Assembly (NCBI RefSeq): GCF_000737315.1 | Contig: NZ_JMCB01000012.1 | Span: 237,615-301,614 of the forward strand | Direction: 5' to 3' | DNA: 64,000 nt | DNA from: Hyalangium minutum | GTDB taxonomy: Bacteria; Myxococcota; Myxococcia; Myxococcales; Myxococcaceae | In this document: in pieces, positions 43,452 to 51,608 of the stretch | How positions within the stretch are numbered: position 1 is the first letter of the stretch | Layout: each line of letters begins with the position of its first letter | The notes under the pieces: generated by a model | Seen by the model: the letters and a program-made list of their open reading frames with translations, nothing else | Databases searched by the model: none | Told to the model about the DNA's origin: nothing | Position numbers and translations under genes: made by a program

Positions 43452-46049
43452 ATGACCCTCCGCTATGCGCTCCCCAACGGTCTGACCGTCATCTTCGAAG
43501 AGCAGCATGCCGCCAAGGTGGCGGCCTTTCAGGTCTGGGTGAAGGTCGGCAGCGCCGACGAGCGCCCGGACCAGGCGGGCCTGGCCCACCTCCACGAGCA
43601 CATGCTCTTCAAGGGCACGGAGCGCCGGAGGCCCGGAGAAATCGCCCGGGACGTGGAGGCCCACGGCGGAGAAATCAACGCCTGGACGTCCTTCGACCAG
43701 ACGGTCTACCACATCGTCATCGCCAGCCAGTTTGCCCGGATGGGGTTGGACATCCTGGGCGACGCAGTGCGGCACTCGGCGTTCGACCGGGAAGAGCTGG
43801 CCCGGGAAATCGAGGTGGTCTGCGAGGAGATCAAGCGCAGCCAGGACACCCCGTCCCGGCGGGCCTCGCGGGACTTGTTCGCCACCGCGTACCAGGTGCA
43901 CCTGTACAGCAAGCCCGTCATCGGCACGGAGGAGAGCGTCCGAAGCTTCACCCGGGAGAAGGTGCTGGAGTTCTACCACCGGTACTACTCGCCCAAGAAC
44001 CTGGTGCTCTCGGTAGTGGGAGACCTGCGCGAGGCGGACGTCCGGCAGTGGGTGGATGAAATCTTCGGTGGGGACTGGGGGCGGCCCTTCGAGGGGCTGG
44101 CGCCGCGCGCCCAGGAGCCTGCCGCCACGGGCCGTCGGCTGCTGCTGCGCGAGGATGACGTGAAGGAGGGCTACCTCCACCTGAGCTTCGGCATCCCCCA
44201 GGCGGAGCACCCGGATGTGCCCGCGCTGGACATGCTGGCGATGCTGGCGGGCCAGGGCGACTCGTCGCGGCTGGTGGTGGAGGTGAAGCACAAGCAGAGC
44301 CTCGTCAATGACATCCACGCCTCGGCGTACACGCCGAGAGACCCAGGCCTGTTCAGCGCGTCCGTCACCGTGCCGCCGGCAAACGTGGCGAAGGCGCTGG
44401 AGGAGACGGCGCGGGTGCTGGCCGAGCTGCGCGTGCGCCCGGTGTCCGCGGATGAGCTGGCCACGGTGAAGGCGCTGGTGGAGGCCGAGGCCGTGTACCA
44501 GCGCGAGACGGTGCAGGGCATGGCGCGGAAGATGGGCTACTACCAGTCCTCCATGGGCGGGCTGGAGGCCGAGGAGCGCTACTACCAGGCGGTGGCGCGA
44601 CTGACGCCCGAGGACATCCGGGACGTGGCGGAGCGGTACCTGCGCTTCGACCGGGCAGTGGTGACAGGGCTCTTGCCACCCGGCACGGGGTTCACGGCGG
44701 CCCAGGCGGAGCAGATCCTCGACGCGGTGGCGCAAGAGGCCCCCACCCTGAAGCCCGAGCGCCGCGTGCGCCGGCCTGAGAACGATGTGCCCATGCGGGT
44801 GGTGCCCTCGCGCACGAGCACGGGGGAGATCATCCAGGAGACGCTGCCCTCGGGGGCGAAGATCATCGTTCGCCCGGAGCACGGGGTGCCGCTGTTCGCG
44901 GTGCGCGCGGCGTTCCTGGGCGGGCTGCGCTACGAGACGCCGGCGAACAACGGGCTGACGACGCTGCTGGGCCGAAGCCTCACGCGGGGCACTCGCACGC
45001 GGGACGCGGAGGAGATCTCCCAGCTGGTGGACGCGTACGCGGGCTCGCTGCAGGGGGTGGGCGGGCGCAACTCGGTGGGAGTGCGCGGGGAGTTCCTCTC
45101 ACGGCACTTCGACGCGGCCTTCCGCCTCTTCGCGGACTGCGTGGTGGAGCCAGCGTTCCCCGAGGAGGAGGTGGCGCGGGAGCGGAGGCTGCTGCTGCAG
45201 GACATCCTCACCCGGGAGGACAAGCCGTCGGGGCTGGCGTTCGACCTGTTCGCGAAGACGCTGTACCGGGCGCACCCGTACCGGATGCAGGCGCTGGGCG
45301 AGCCCGGGTCGGTGGAGGCACTGGGGCCCGAGGCGCTGCGGGACTACCACGCCTCGTACATGGATCCCTCGCAGCTGACGCTGAGCGTGGTGGGGGACGT
45401 GAAGGTGGACGAGGTGATGGCGTTGGCGCGCGAGTACTTCGGCAAGCCTCGGGGTAAGGCGAAGAAAGCGCCCAGCGTGGTGACGGATGCGCCTCCGGAG
45501 GCGCCTCGGCAGGAGAAGCGGGTGTTGGCGCGGGCGCAGTCCCACGTGGTGTACGGGTTCATGGGCCTGCGGCTGACCGAGCCGCAGCGGCACGCGCTGG
45601 AGGTGCTGTCCATGATGCTGTCCGGGCAGGGCGGGCGGCTCTTCGTGGAGCTGCGGGACAAGCGCTCCATGGCGTACAGCGTGAGCTGCTTCACGCTGGA
45701 GGGCCTGGATCCGGGGTACTTCGCCACGTACATTGGGACGAGCCCGGAGAAGGTGAACGACGCCATCGCGGGCATCCGGACGGAGCTGGCGCGGGTGCGG
45801 GACGAGCGGGTGCCCGAGGAGGAGCTGGCGCGGGCGCGGCAGCACCTCATTGGGACGAACGCGATTGGGCTGCAGCGCAACGCGGCTCGGGCGGCGCTGC
45901 TGGCGCTGGACACGTGCTACGGGACAGGGCTGGAGAACTTCCTGCACTACTCGGAGCGCATTGCGGCGGTGACGGCGGACGAGGTGCGCGAGGTGGCCCG
46001 GCGCGTCATCGACTTCGATCACGGCGCGATGGCCATCGTCGGGCCGTGA
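43452..46049 (+). CDS. M16 family (pitrilysin-like) zinc metallopeptidase
   Basis: LPNGL, GLAHLHEHMLFKGT (HxxEH) and a second M16 half. Confidence 0.93.
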   Translation: MTLRYALPNGLTVIFEEQHAAKVAAFQVWVKVGSADERPDQAGLAHLHEHMLFKGTERRRPGEIARDVEAHGGEINAWTSFDQTVYHIVIASQFARMGLDILGDAVRHSAFDREELAREIEVVCEEIKRSQDTPSRRASRDLFATAYQVHLYSKPVIGTEESVRSFTREKVLEFYHRYYSPKNLVLSVVGDLREADVRQWVDEIFGGDWGRPFEGLAPRAQEPAATGRRLLLREDDVKEGYLHLSFGIPQAEHPDVPALDMLAMLAGQGDSSRLVVEVKHKQSLVNDIHASAYTPRDPGLFSASVTVPPANVAKALEETARVLAELRVRPVSADELATVKALVEAEAVYQRETVQGMARKMGYYQSSMGGLEAEERYYQAVARLTPEDIRDVAERYLRFDRAVVTGLLPPGTGFTAAQAEQILDAVAQEAPTLKPERRVRRPENDVPMRVVPSRTSTGEIIQETLPSGAKIIVRPEHGVPLFAVRAAFLGGLRYETPANNGLTTLLGRSLTRGTRTRDAEEISQLVDAYAGSLQGVGGRNSVGVRGEFLSRHFDAAFRLFADCVVEPAFPEEEVARERRLLLQDILTREDKPSGLAFDLFAKTLYRAHPYRMQALGEPGSVEALGPEALRDYHASYMDPSQLTLSVVGDVKVDEVMALAREYFGKPRGKAKKAPSVVTDAPPEAPRQEKRVLARAQSHVVYGFMGLRLTEPQRHALEVLSMMLSGQGGRLFVELRDKRSMAYSVSCFTLEGLDPGYFATYIGTSPEKVNDAIAGIRTELARVRDERVPEEELARARQHLIGTNAIGLQRNAARAALLALDTCYGTGLENFLHYSERIAAVTADEVREVARRVIDFDHGAMAIVGP

Positions 46050-46126
46050 GCGGGGCCTGAGCCGCTTGGCCCTTTGCTGGGGGCGGAGGTTGAACGAGAC
46101 TGCCGCGGTTCTTCCGGGAGGAATGG

Positions 46127-47236
46127 ATGGGAATCGCGGAGCGCAAGGCAGCCAGCGAGTTCGAGGAGACGATCTACCCGAAGCTGAAGAAGGAGCTCGA
46201 CGCCGCGGCGCACTTCGAGGTGCCGGTGGAGGTGGACTGGAACACGCTGGCGGTGGAGGGCTACCAGCACCTCTATGAGGAGGCGTGGCCGAAGATCTAC
46301 TTCACGCCACTGATTGGGGCGCTGAAGGCCATCGCGGTGGACGCGCTGGGCCAGGAGGTGCTGCGAGGTGCGCTGAAGCGCGTGGTGATCCGCAACACGA
46401 CGGGAGCGTCTTCGGGCTCGAGCATGGTGAGCTTCCAGGACGGCGTGCTGACGCTGGACCACGAGCCGGCGTCGAATGTGGACAGCATCGACGACCGCCA
46501 GGAAGCCATCCAGAAGGTGCTGGAGGCGGCGCCCGAGGACGTGCACGTGGAGGATCCTCTCGCGGCGTTCCTGGAGTGGAAAGCGCACGGGGTGGACGCG
46601 ACGCTGGCTGTGCTTGAGCGGCTGTCGTGGCGCCAGCAGGCGGGCATTCCCGTGCTGCTGCCGCGGGTGACGCTGCTGATGCGAGGCGGGCGCGGAGTGA
46701 CGGGCATCCTGCGGGAGATCATGGAGGACCGCCGCGAGGGCCGGAACGTGCTGCTGTGGGTGCCTCGGGAGAGCGGCGTGCCATACGACGATCTGATCAT
46801 CGTCCCGGTGAACACGATCGAGGCCATCTCAGTGCATGACTCTCGGGCATTCGGAGCGCTGCGGAGAGATGCATCCGGGACGCCCTCGGTGCTGGAGCTG
46901 CGGCGCCGGATGGCGGCGCTGGAGACGCAGCTTCGGGGACAGTTGGAGACCTCGGTCAGCGTGGTGCTCGCGTCAGGGGTGCAGACAACGTCCGCGAAGG
47001 AGCTCCGGGCGCTGGCCTTTCTGGCGGATCGGGCCCGCGAGGTGCTGGAGCCCTTGTCCAAGGACAAGGTGGGCAAGGCGGCGCTGCGCGAGAAGGTGCA
47101 GCGCATCCAGCTGGGCGTGTCCGAGAACAAGGGCATCTCGGTGACGGGCTCCACGCTGGAGCTGAACACCGGCCGCCGCCCCGTGGATTGGTACACACGC
47201 TCGGAGCTGGAGGAGGCCATCCAGTCCGCGCTGTAG
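46127..47236 (+). CDS. hypothetical three-domain protein
   Basis: Continuous high-GC3 ORF with GGAGG RBS; see findings. Confidence 0.8.
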   Translation: MGIAERKAASEFEETIYPKLKKELDAAAHFEVPVEVDWNTLAVEGYQHLYEEAWPKIYFTPLIGALKAIAVDALGQEVLRGALKRVVIRNTTGASSGSSMVSFQDGVLTLDHEPASNVDSIDDRQEAIQKVLEAAPEDVHVEDPLAAFLEWKAHGVDATLAVLERLSWRQQAGIPVLLPRVTLLMRGGRGVTGILREIMEDRREGRNVLLWVPRESGVPYDDLIIVPVNTIEAISVHDSRAFGALRRDASGTPSVLELRRRMAALETQLRGQLETSVSVVLASGVQTTSAKELRALAFLADRAREVLEPLSKDKVGKAALREKVQRIQLGVSENKGISVTGSTLELNTGRRPVDWYTRSELEEAIQSAL

Positions 47237-47276
47237 CCAAGCTCGGAGCCTGGGGACTCCGGTCCCGCTTGCTGGC

Positions 47277-48185
47277 CTAGCGAGCCTCGGGCTGGGTCAC
47301 AGGCCCAGGCTCGAAGAGCTCCTGAACGGACTGCACCACTACGGCCTTGCGGATCCAGAGTTTGAGCTGAGAGGGGTCCTTGCAGTTCAGGATGCGTTGG
47401 CGCGCCTCCGCATCCACCTCAAGGCCCCGAGCGTCAAGCACTTCGAACACGGCTGTCCGCTCGCCCTCATAGAGCCCCTCCTCACGCCCCTCCTCACGCC
47501 CTTGGGCTACATACTTCCGGGCAAATTCGCTCTGGTACTCATAGTTGCCTCGTTTCATCAGGTCCTCCAGGGCGACGCGAGCCGCCGCGCTGAGCGATGA
47601 CATCGCTAAATCAACGTAAAGGCGGACGCGCTCGGTATCAAGGCCCCTCACCGCCGCCATGACTGTCTTGACGATGGAGGCGCCTACCTCCTCGTGGCCA
47701 TGTGCCATGGCAGACAGCACCGCCAGTTCTGGATCATCGCGAGCAACCTGCTCCTCCAGGATGACTGGAATCGAGTTTGCCCCCATCACGAGAGGCCTGA
47801 GCGTGAACTCCGGATGCCCCAGGTCGATGGGCTGTCCACACCACCGTGCCACCGAGGCGTCCGGAGCGACCACCAGCAGCGCGGTGGGACACTTCACCCG
47901 TGAGCGGAGGCTGGTGAGGTACAACGGCCAGCTCATGCGCTTGTCCTCATCCCGTGACAGCTGCACTTCCACGACGATGGCGAAGACGGGCTTGCTGTCC
48001 GAGAGGAGGACCACCAGATCGGCCCGGTACTCGGTGGGCACCACCTGGGTGAGCTCTGCGGATTCCACCCGCGCCTCGGTCCACGGAGGCAAGCTCAGGC
48101 CCAGCGTGTCGCGCAGCAACTCCGGCGCCAGCGCAGGGCGGTTGCGAAACAAGAGCAAGAGTCCTTCGTGCTGCATCGAAGCCAT
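47277..48185 (-). CDS. Rpn/RpnC-YadD-like PD-(D/E)XK nuclease, copy 2
   Basis: EYRADLVV..VEVQL..DKRMSWPLY core; C-terminal QGREEGREEG repeats. Confidence 0.8.
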   Translation of the reverse strand: MASMQHEGLLLLFRNRPALAPELLRDTLGLSLPPWTEARVESAELTQVVPTEYRADLVVLLSDSKPVFAIVVEVQLSRDEDKRMSWPLYLTSLRSRVKCPTALLVVAPDASVARWCGQPIDLGHPEFTLRPLVMGANSIPVILEEQVARDDPELAVLSAMAHGHEEVGASIVKTVMAAVRGLDTERVRLYVDLAMSSLSAAARVALEDLMKRGNYEYQSEFARKYVAQGREEGREEGLYEGERTAVFEVLDARGLEVDAEARQRILNCKDPSQLKLWIRKAVVVQSVQELFEPGPVTQPEAR

Positions 48186-48193
48186 GGCTCAGC

Positions 48194-48215
48194 AACGTAG
48201 GAGATAGGTCTGACA
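48194..48215 (-). promoter_or_regulatory. TGTCAGAC-N8-TACGTT-N8-ATG leaderless-type promoter candidate
   Basis: Read directly on the minus strand. Confidence 0.55.
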
Positions 48216-48294
48216 ACTGCCGACCTCACTGGTTGGGGCGGCGATCTTGTGCTCCACTTCTGGAATGGCCTCGTTGCGGATCGACGGGTGACGC

Positions 48295-48516
48295 ATGCCC
48301 GTACACACTCCATCGTTGGACCTGCCCGGCGACTCCACCTGCCTCGACTGCGAAGGAAGGGGCTGGCTGCACATGACCAGCGGTTTGCATGGGCGCCAGA
48401 TTGAGCGCTGTGACTCGTGCCGCGTCTTCGGCATGGACGAACAGGCAGAGGCAGTGCACGACCAGGTCTGCGGCTGCTCGTGGGCCGGCTCCGAAGAGGA
48501 TGCAATGGACAGTTGA
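48295..48516 (+). CDS. small Zn-finger-like protein (CxxC...CxxC...CxC)
   Basis: CLDC, CDSC and CGC in 73 aa. Confidence 0.5.
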   Translation: MPVHTPSLDLPGDSTCLDCEGRGWLHMTSGLHGRQIERCDSCRVFGMDEQAEAVHDQVCGCSWAGSEEDAMDS

Positions 48517-48606
48517 TGTCAGCCAGGAAGCGCCTCACTTCAAGACCGCGAGAGCCAACCCCTCGGGTTCTTCACTCTCTTCCCTTGAAAACCTTCACTC
48601 TGGAGG

Positions 48607-49413
48607 ATGGAGCCACAACGGGCTTGGCTGGCGCTCTCCCTGGGTGCGGAACGCGAGTACGCAGGGAACGTGGGGTACGCCGATGAGCTGGACCGATGCA
48701 GGGAAGGTCACACGTTCGAGACCCCCAAGATTACCTCCGAGCCCTGTACCCACTTCGAAGCCCACTTTGAGGGCACATGCTTCCCAGTTCCAGGGCGCAT
48801 CCCTGTTCAAGAGGTGCGCAAGGCCTGCCCACGGTTCAATGGGCAACTGGCCATTCAAGCATTGGATCTGGAGCGCTTGGATGGCAAAGCCGCGCTCCTC
48901 CGCACCCTGTCAGCGTCACTCCAGCCCTCGCACCAGGAACCCTTGTTGTTCGCGCACGATGCCGCAGAAGACGCTTACGTCCCCAACGAACTGGACGAGC
49001 GCACGGTGCTCAAACGTCAGATCCGTGCACGGCGAGGACAAGCCACGTTCCGCCAAGCGCTCCGAGAGCGCTTCGACGACACGTGCCTCGTCACCCGTTG
49101 CAAGCTTCCGGATCTGCTCGAAGCAGCCCATATCTCTCCCTACCGAGGCCAGAAGGATCACCATCCATCGAATGGGCTCCTCCTGCGCGCGGACATCCAC
49201 ACGCTCTTCGATCTGGACCTCCTCGGGATTGACCCGGCGACGCTGCAAGTCCACCTGCACCCGAGGCTCCATGGCTTGGGGTATGACGCCTTTGCAGGGC
49301 AGGTGCTAGCATGCAACCCCCACCATCTGAGCCGAGAAGCGCTGGAGTCCCGCTGGGGTCTTTTTCAGGCCAATCTCCCAGCGGTGGGCTTCGCCCCCAG
49401 AGGAGAAGCCTGA
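48607..49413 (+). CDS. HNH endonuclease (HNH_2-type), possibly with an internal N-terminal deletion
   Basis: RRGQATFRQAL...CLVT...LEAAHISPY....SNGLLLRADIHTLFD. Confidence 0.85.
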   Translation: MEPQRAWLALSLGAEREYAGNVGYADELDRCREGHTFETPKITSEPCTHFEAHFEGTCFPVPGRIPVQEVRKACPRFNGQLAIQALDLERLDGKAALLRTLSASLQPSHQEPLLFAHDAAEDAYVPNELDERTVLKRQIRARRGQATFRQALRERFDDTCLVTRCKLPDLLEAAHISPYRGQKDHHPSNGLLLRADIHTLFDLDLLGIDPATLQVHLHPRLHGLGYDAFAGQVLACNPHHLSREALESRWGLFQANLPAVGFAPRGEA

Positions 49414-49694
49414 AAACGATCCTCGTGAAGTGCGGGGTCCTGACCAGGGTCCTCGGGCTCGTAGCGCTCTAGGAACCACTGGATGGAGCTCGCACGGTCG
49501 AAACCCTCTTCATAGCGGAAGATGACAAGGCCCGATTCTCTGCGCACTACCTCGACGCACCAGGGTCGTGGCTCGACGCACTTGATGCGCCACCACGCTC
49601 CCGGCTTCAGGTGCTGCTCAAGGTCGGCGAGGAGGGCGCTGCTCTCTGGCTGCAACTTCGCCTCTTGCTGCTTCTCGCTTTCGGCAGTGCCCAT
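49365..49694 (-). CDS. hypothetical protein (may be 5'-truncated by the adjacent IS end)
   Basis: 109-aa ORF whose ATG lies 13 nt from the IS3-like terminus. Confidence 0.45.
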   Translation of the reverse strand: MGTAESEKQQEAKLQPESSALLADLEQHLKPGAWWRIKCVEPRPWCVEVVRRESGLVIFRYEEGFDRASSIQWFLERYEPEDPGQDPALHEDRFQASPLGAKPTAGRLA

Positions 49695-49707
49695 GGGCCC
49701 CCAAAAG

Positions 49708-49876
49708 TGGGCTTGCCCCGGTTGGTTTCGTGGACAGGGGTCTTATATTGCCAACCTATCAGGTAGGGCGGCCCTCTCATAGTCCCAAGGCTTCAAGTAG
49801 CCCAGGCTCAAGTGCCGACGCTTCCGGTTGTAGAAGACCTCGGTGTGCTCTGGGCTGTCCACTCCACCCAAGCTCA
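49708..49876 (-). mobile_element. 169-bp internally deleted IS3-family element
   Basis: Termini TGGGCTTG..GTGGACAG and TGAGCTTG..GTGGACAG in inverted orientation enclose the transposase C-terminal remnant EVFYNRKRRHLSLGYLKP. Confidence 0.7.
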
Positions 49877-49912
49877 GCCTACCCCGAGAGTAGGCAGCTG
49901 TCAGCGCACCCC

Positions 49913-51589
49913 TCAGGGCTTCTTCACGAACGTCATCGCGGGGCGGTCGTTCTTGCCCTTCCCCGCCGCGCGCAGCGCCGCCGGATCCAGCCCCGACAGG
50001 TGCAGCGCCGTCGAGTACACGTGCCCCGGATCCGAGATGTAACTGTTCGGGTTCTTCGTCCGCCCCGAGATCAACAGCCCCGTGTCCGGATCGTACGCCG
50101 GGTCCAGCGTCCCGTCCGGCATCATCGGGATGCCCTCCAAGGACACGCTCCCCACTCGCCCAAACTGCGAGTTCCCCTTCACCGTCCCGCCCAGGAACGC
50201 CACGCTGTTCACTCGCCAGTGCTGGCAGCAGTCCTGGGCCATGATCTCGTCGTACTTCTGCGTGTCCGTCAGCCCCGCATTCGCCAGGATCGCTTCCACG
50301 TCCCCGCTGATCGTCCGCCCCATCTCCGACGCCAGCACGATCGTCGTGTAGTCGAAGTAGCTCTTCCCCGACGTCCCGTACTGCGTGTTCTTCAGCCGCG
50401 TCACCAGCGCCTTCAGCGGATTCCACAGGTTGCGCCGCATCGTCGCCGCCTGGTCCGTCTGCCCCAGGTTGCTCATGATCGACCGGCGATCCCGGTGCGA
50501 GTCGAACAGCCGCAGGCCCCGGTTCTCGATGAAGAAGCCGATCGACAGCCCCTTCGTCATCATCTCGTACGCCATCAGCGCCTGGACGTTCGTGTTCGGC
50601 GTCTCCTTCGAACGCGCCGGGTTGCCGTTGATCGACGCCGACTCCGTCGTCTCGTCCGCCGCCGCCACTCCGAACTCGGCCCGCAGCGTCGCGTCCGTGA
50701 ACATCGTCTGCGGGTTGATGGTGACGCCCGTCCCTCCCGTCAGCGCCCGGTGAATCGTCAGCGCCGAGGAGAACGCCCGCACCGACTCACCGTTCTTCTC
50801 CGCCAGGAAGTTCGACTGCAGGTTGTCCGTGAACTGGCGAATGCGCGCGTTGCGCTGCCCCTGCGACACGCTCCCCAGCGACATCAGCCGGTTGCGCATG
50901 TCCGCCGGCGTCTTCCCGTACAGCGTGTGCGCGTGCACCGGCCCCAGCTTCTCGTAGTACCCCGTCCCCTCCGGGTACGACGGAATCGACAGCTCCCCGT
51001 CCGACAGCCACCGGTGCCAGCTCAGGTGCGGCAGCAGGTACCCGTTGCCGTACGCCTCGCAGAACGCCTGCATCACCGTGCGCTCGACCGGCTGCCGGTA
51101 CGCCGACAGCGACGCGCTGTAGCGCCCGTAGTGGTACTCCCACCGGCCACCCGAGTGGAACGTGTTCCCGTTGTGGCTCGACACCACCGCCATGTTCGGG
51201 AACAGCGGCACCCCGTCCTCCGCCAAATAGCCGTACTGGATGCCCCCCGAGGTGCGCGGCGGGTTCAGCGGGCTCGTGCCGTAGCTCTTCGGCCGGTACT
51301 TGTGCTGGCTCCACGTCGGCGCGGGCCGCAGCGTCCCCGCCGGAATCGAGCGCGTCGCGTCGTTCGGCGTGTGCACCGGGTTGAACATCGAATACCCGTC
51401 CCAGCCTCCCTCCTGGAACCAGTAGATGAGGAAGCGCGGCTCGGCGGCGAGCTCCGCCGCAGCGGCCTCGGCGATGCCCAGCTCCTTCTTCGTCCCCGGC
51501 ACTCCAAAGCTCCGGAAGAAGCGGAGCCAGTCCAAGGTGCTGATCGCGGTGCCGGCCATCGCACCAGCAAGGAATTGACGGCGGTTCAT
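49913..51589 (-). CDS. TAT-exported DUF1501-like protein
   Basis: MNRRQFL twin-arginine signal; FQEGGWDG, FDSH and ASEMGRT motifs. Confidence 0.8.
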   Translation of the reverse strand: MNRRQFLAGAMAGTAISTLDWLRFFRSFGVPGTKKELGIAEAAAAELAAEPRFLIYWFQEGGWDGYSMFNPVHTPNDATRSIPAGTLRPAPTWSQHKYRPKSYGTSPLNPPRTSGGIQYGYLAEDGVPLFPNMAVVSSHNGNTFHSGGRWEYHYGRYSASLSAYRQPVERTVMQAFCEAYGNGYLLPHLSWHRWLSDGELSIPSYPEGTGYYEKLGPVHAHTLYGKTPADMRNRLMSLGSVSQGQRNARIRQFTDNLQSNFLAEKNGESVRAFSSALTIHRALTGGTGVTINPQTMFTDATLRAEFGVAAADETTESASINGNPARSKETPNTNVQALMAYEMMTKGLSIGFFIENRGLRLFDSHRDRRSIMSNLGQTDQAATMRRNLWNPLKALVTRLKNTQYGTSGKSYFDYTTIVLASEMGRTISGDVEAILANAGLTDTQKYDEIMAQDCCQHWRVNSVAFLGGTVKGNSQFGRVGSVSLEGIPMMPDGTLDPAYDPDTGLLISGRTKNPNSYISDPGHVYSTALHLSGLDPAALRAAGKGKNDRPAMTFVKKP

Positions 51590-51608
51590 GGTGCGCGTCC
51601 CCGTGGGC

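Noticed and set aside
49743-50426. 227-aa minus-strand ORF as an intact transposase
   Set aside because: Only the last ~35 residues are IS3-like; the rest is an alternative frame of the DUF1501-like gene.
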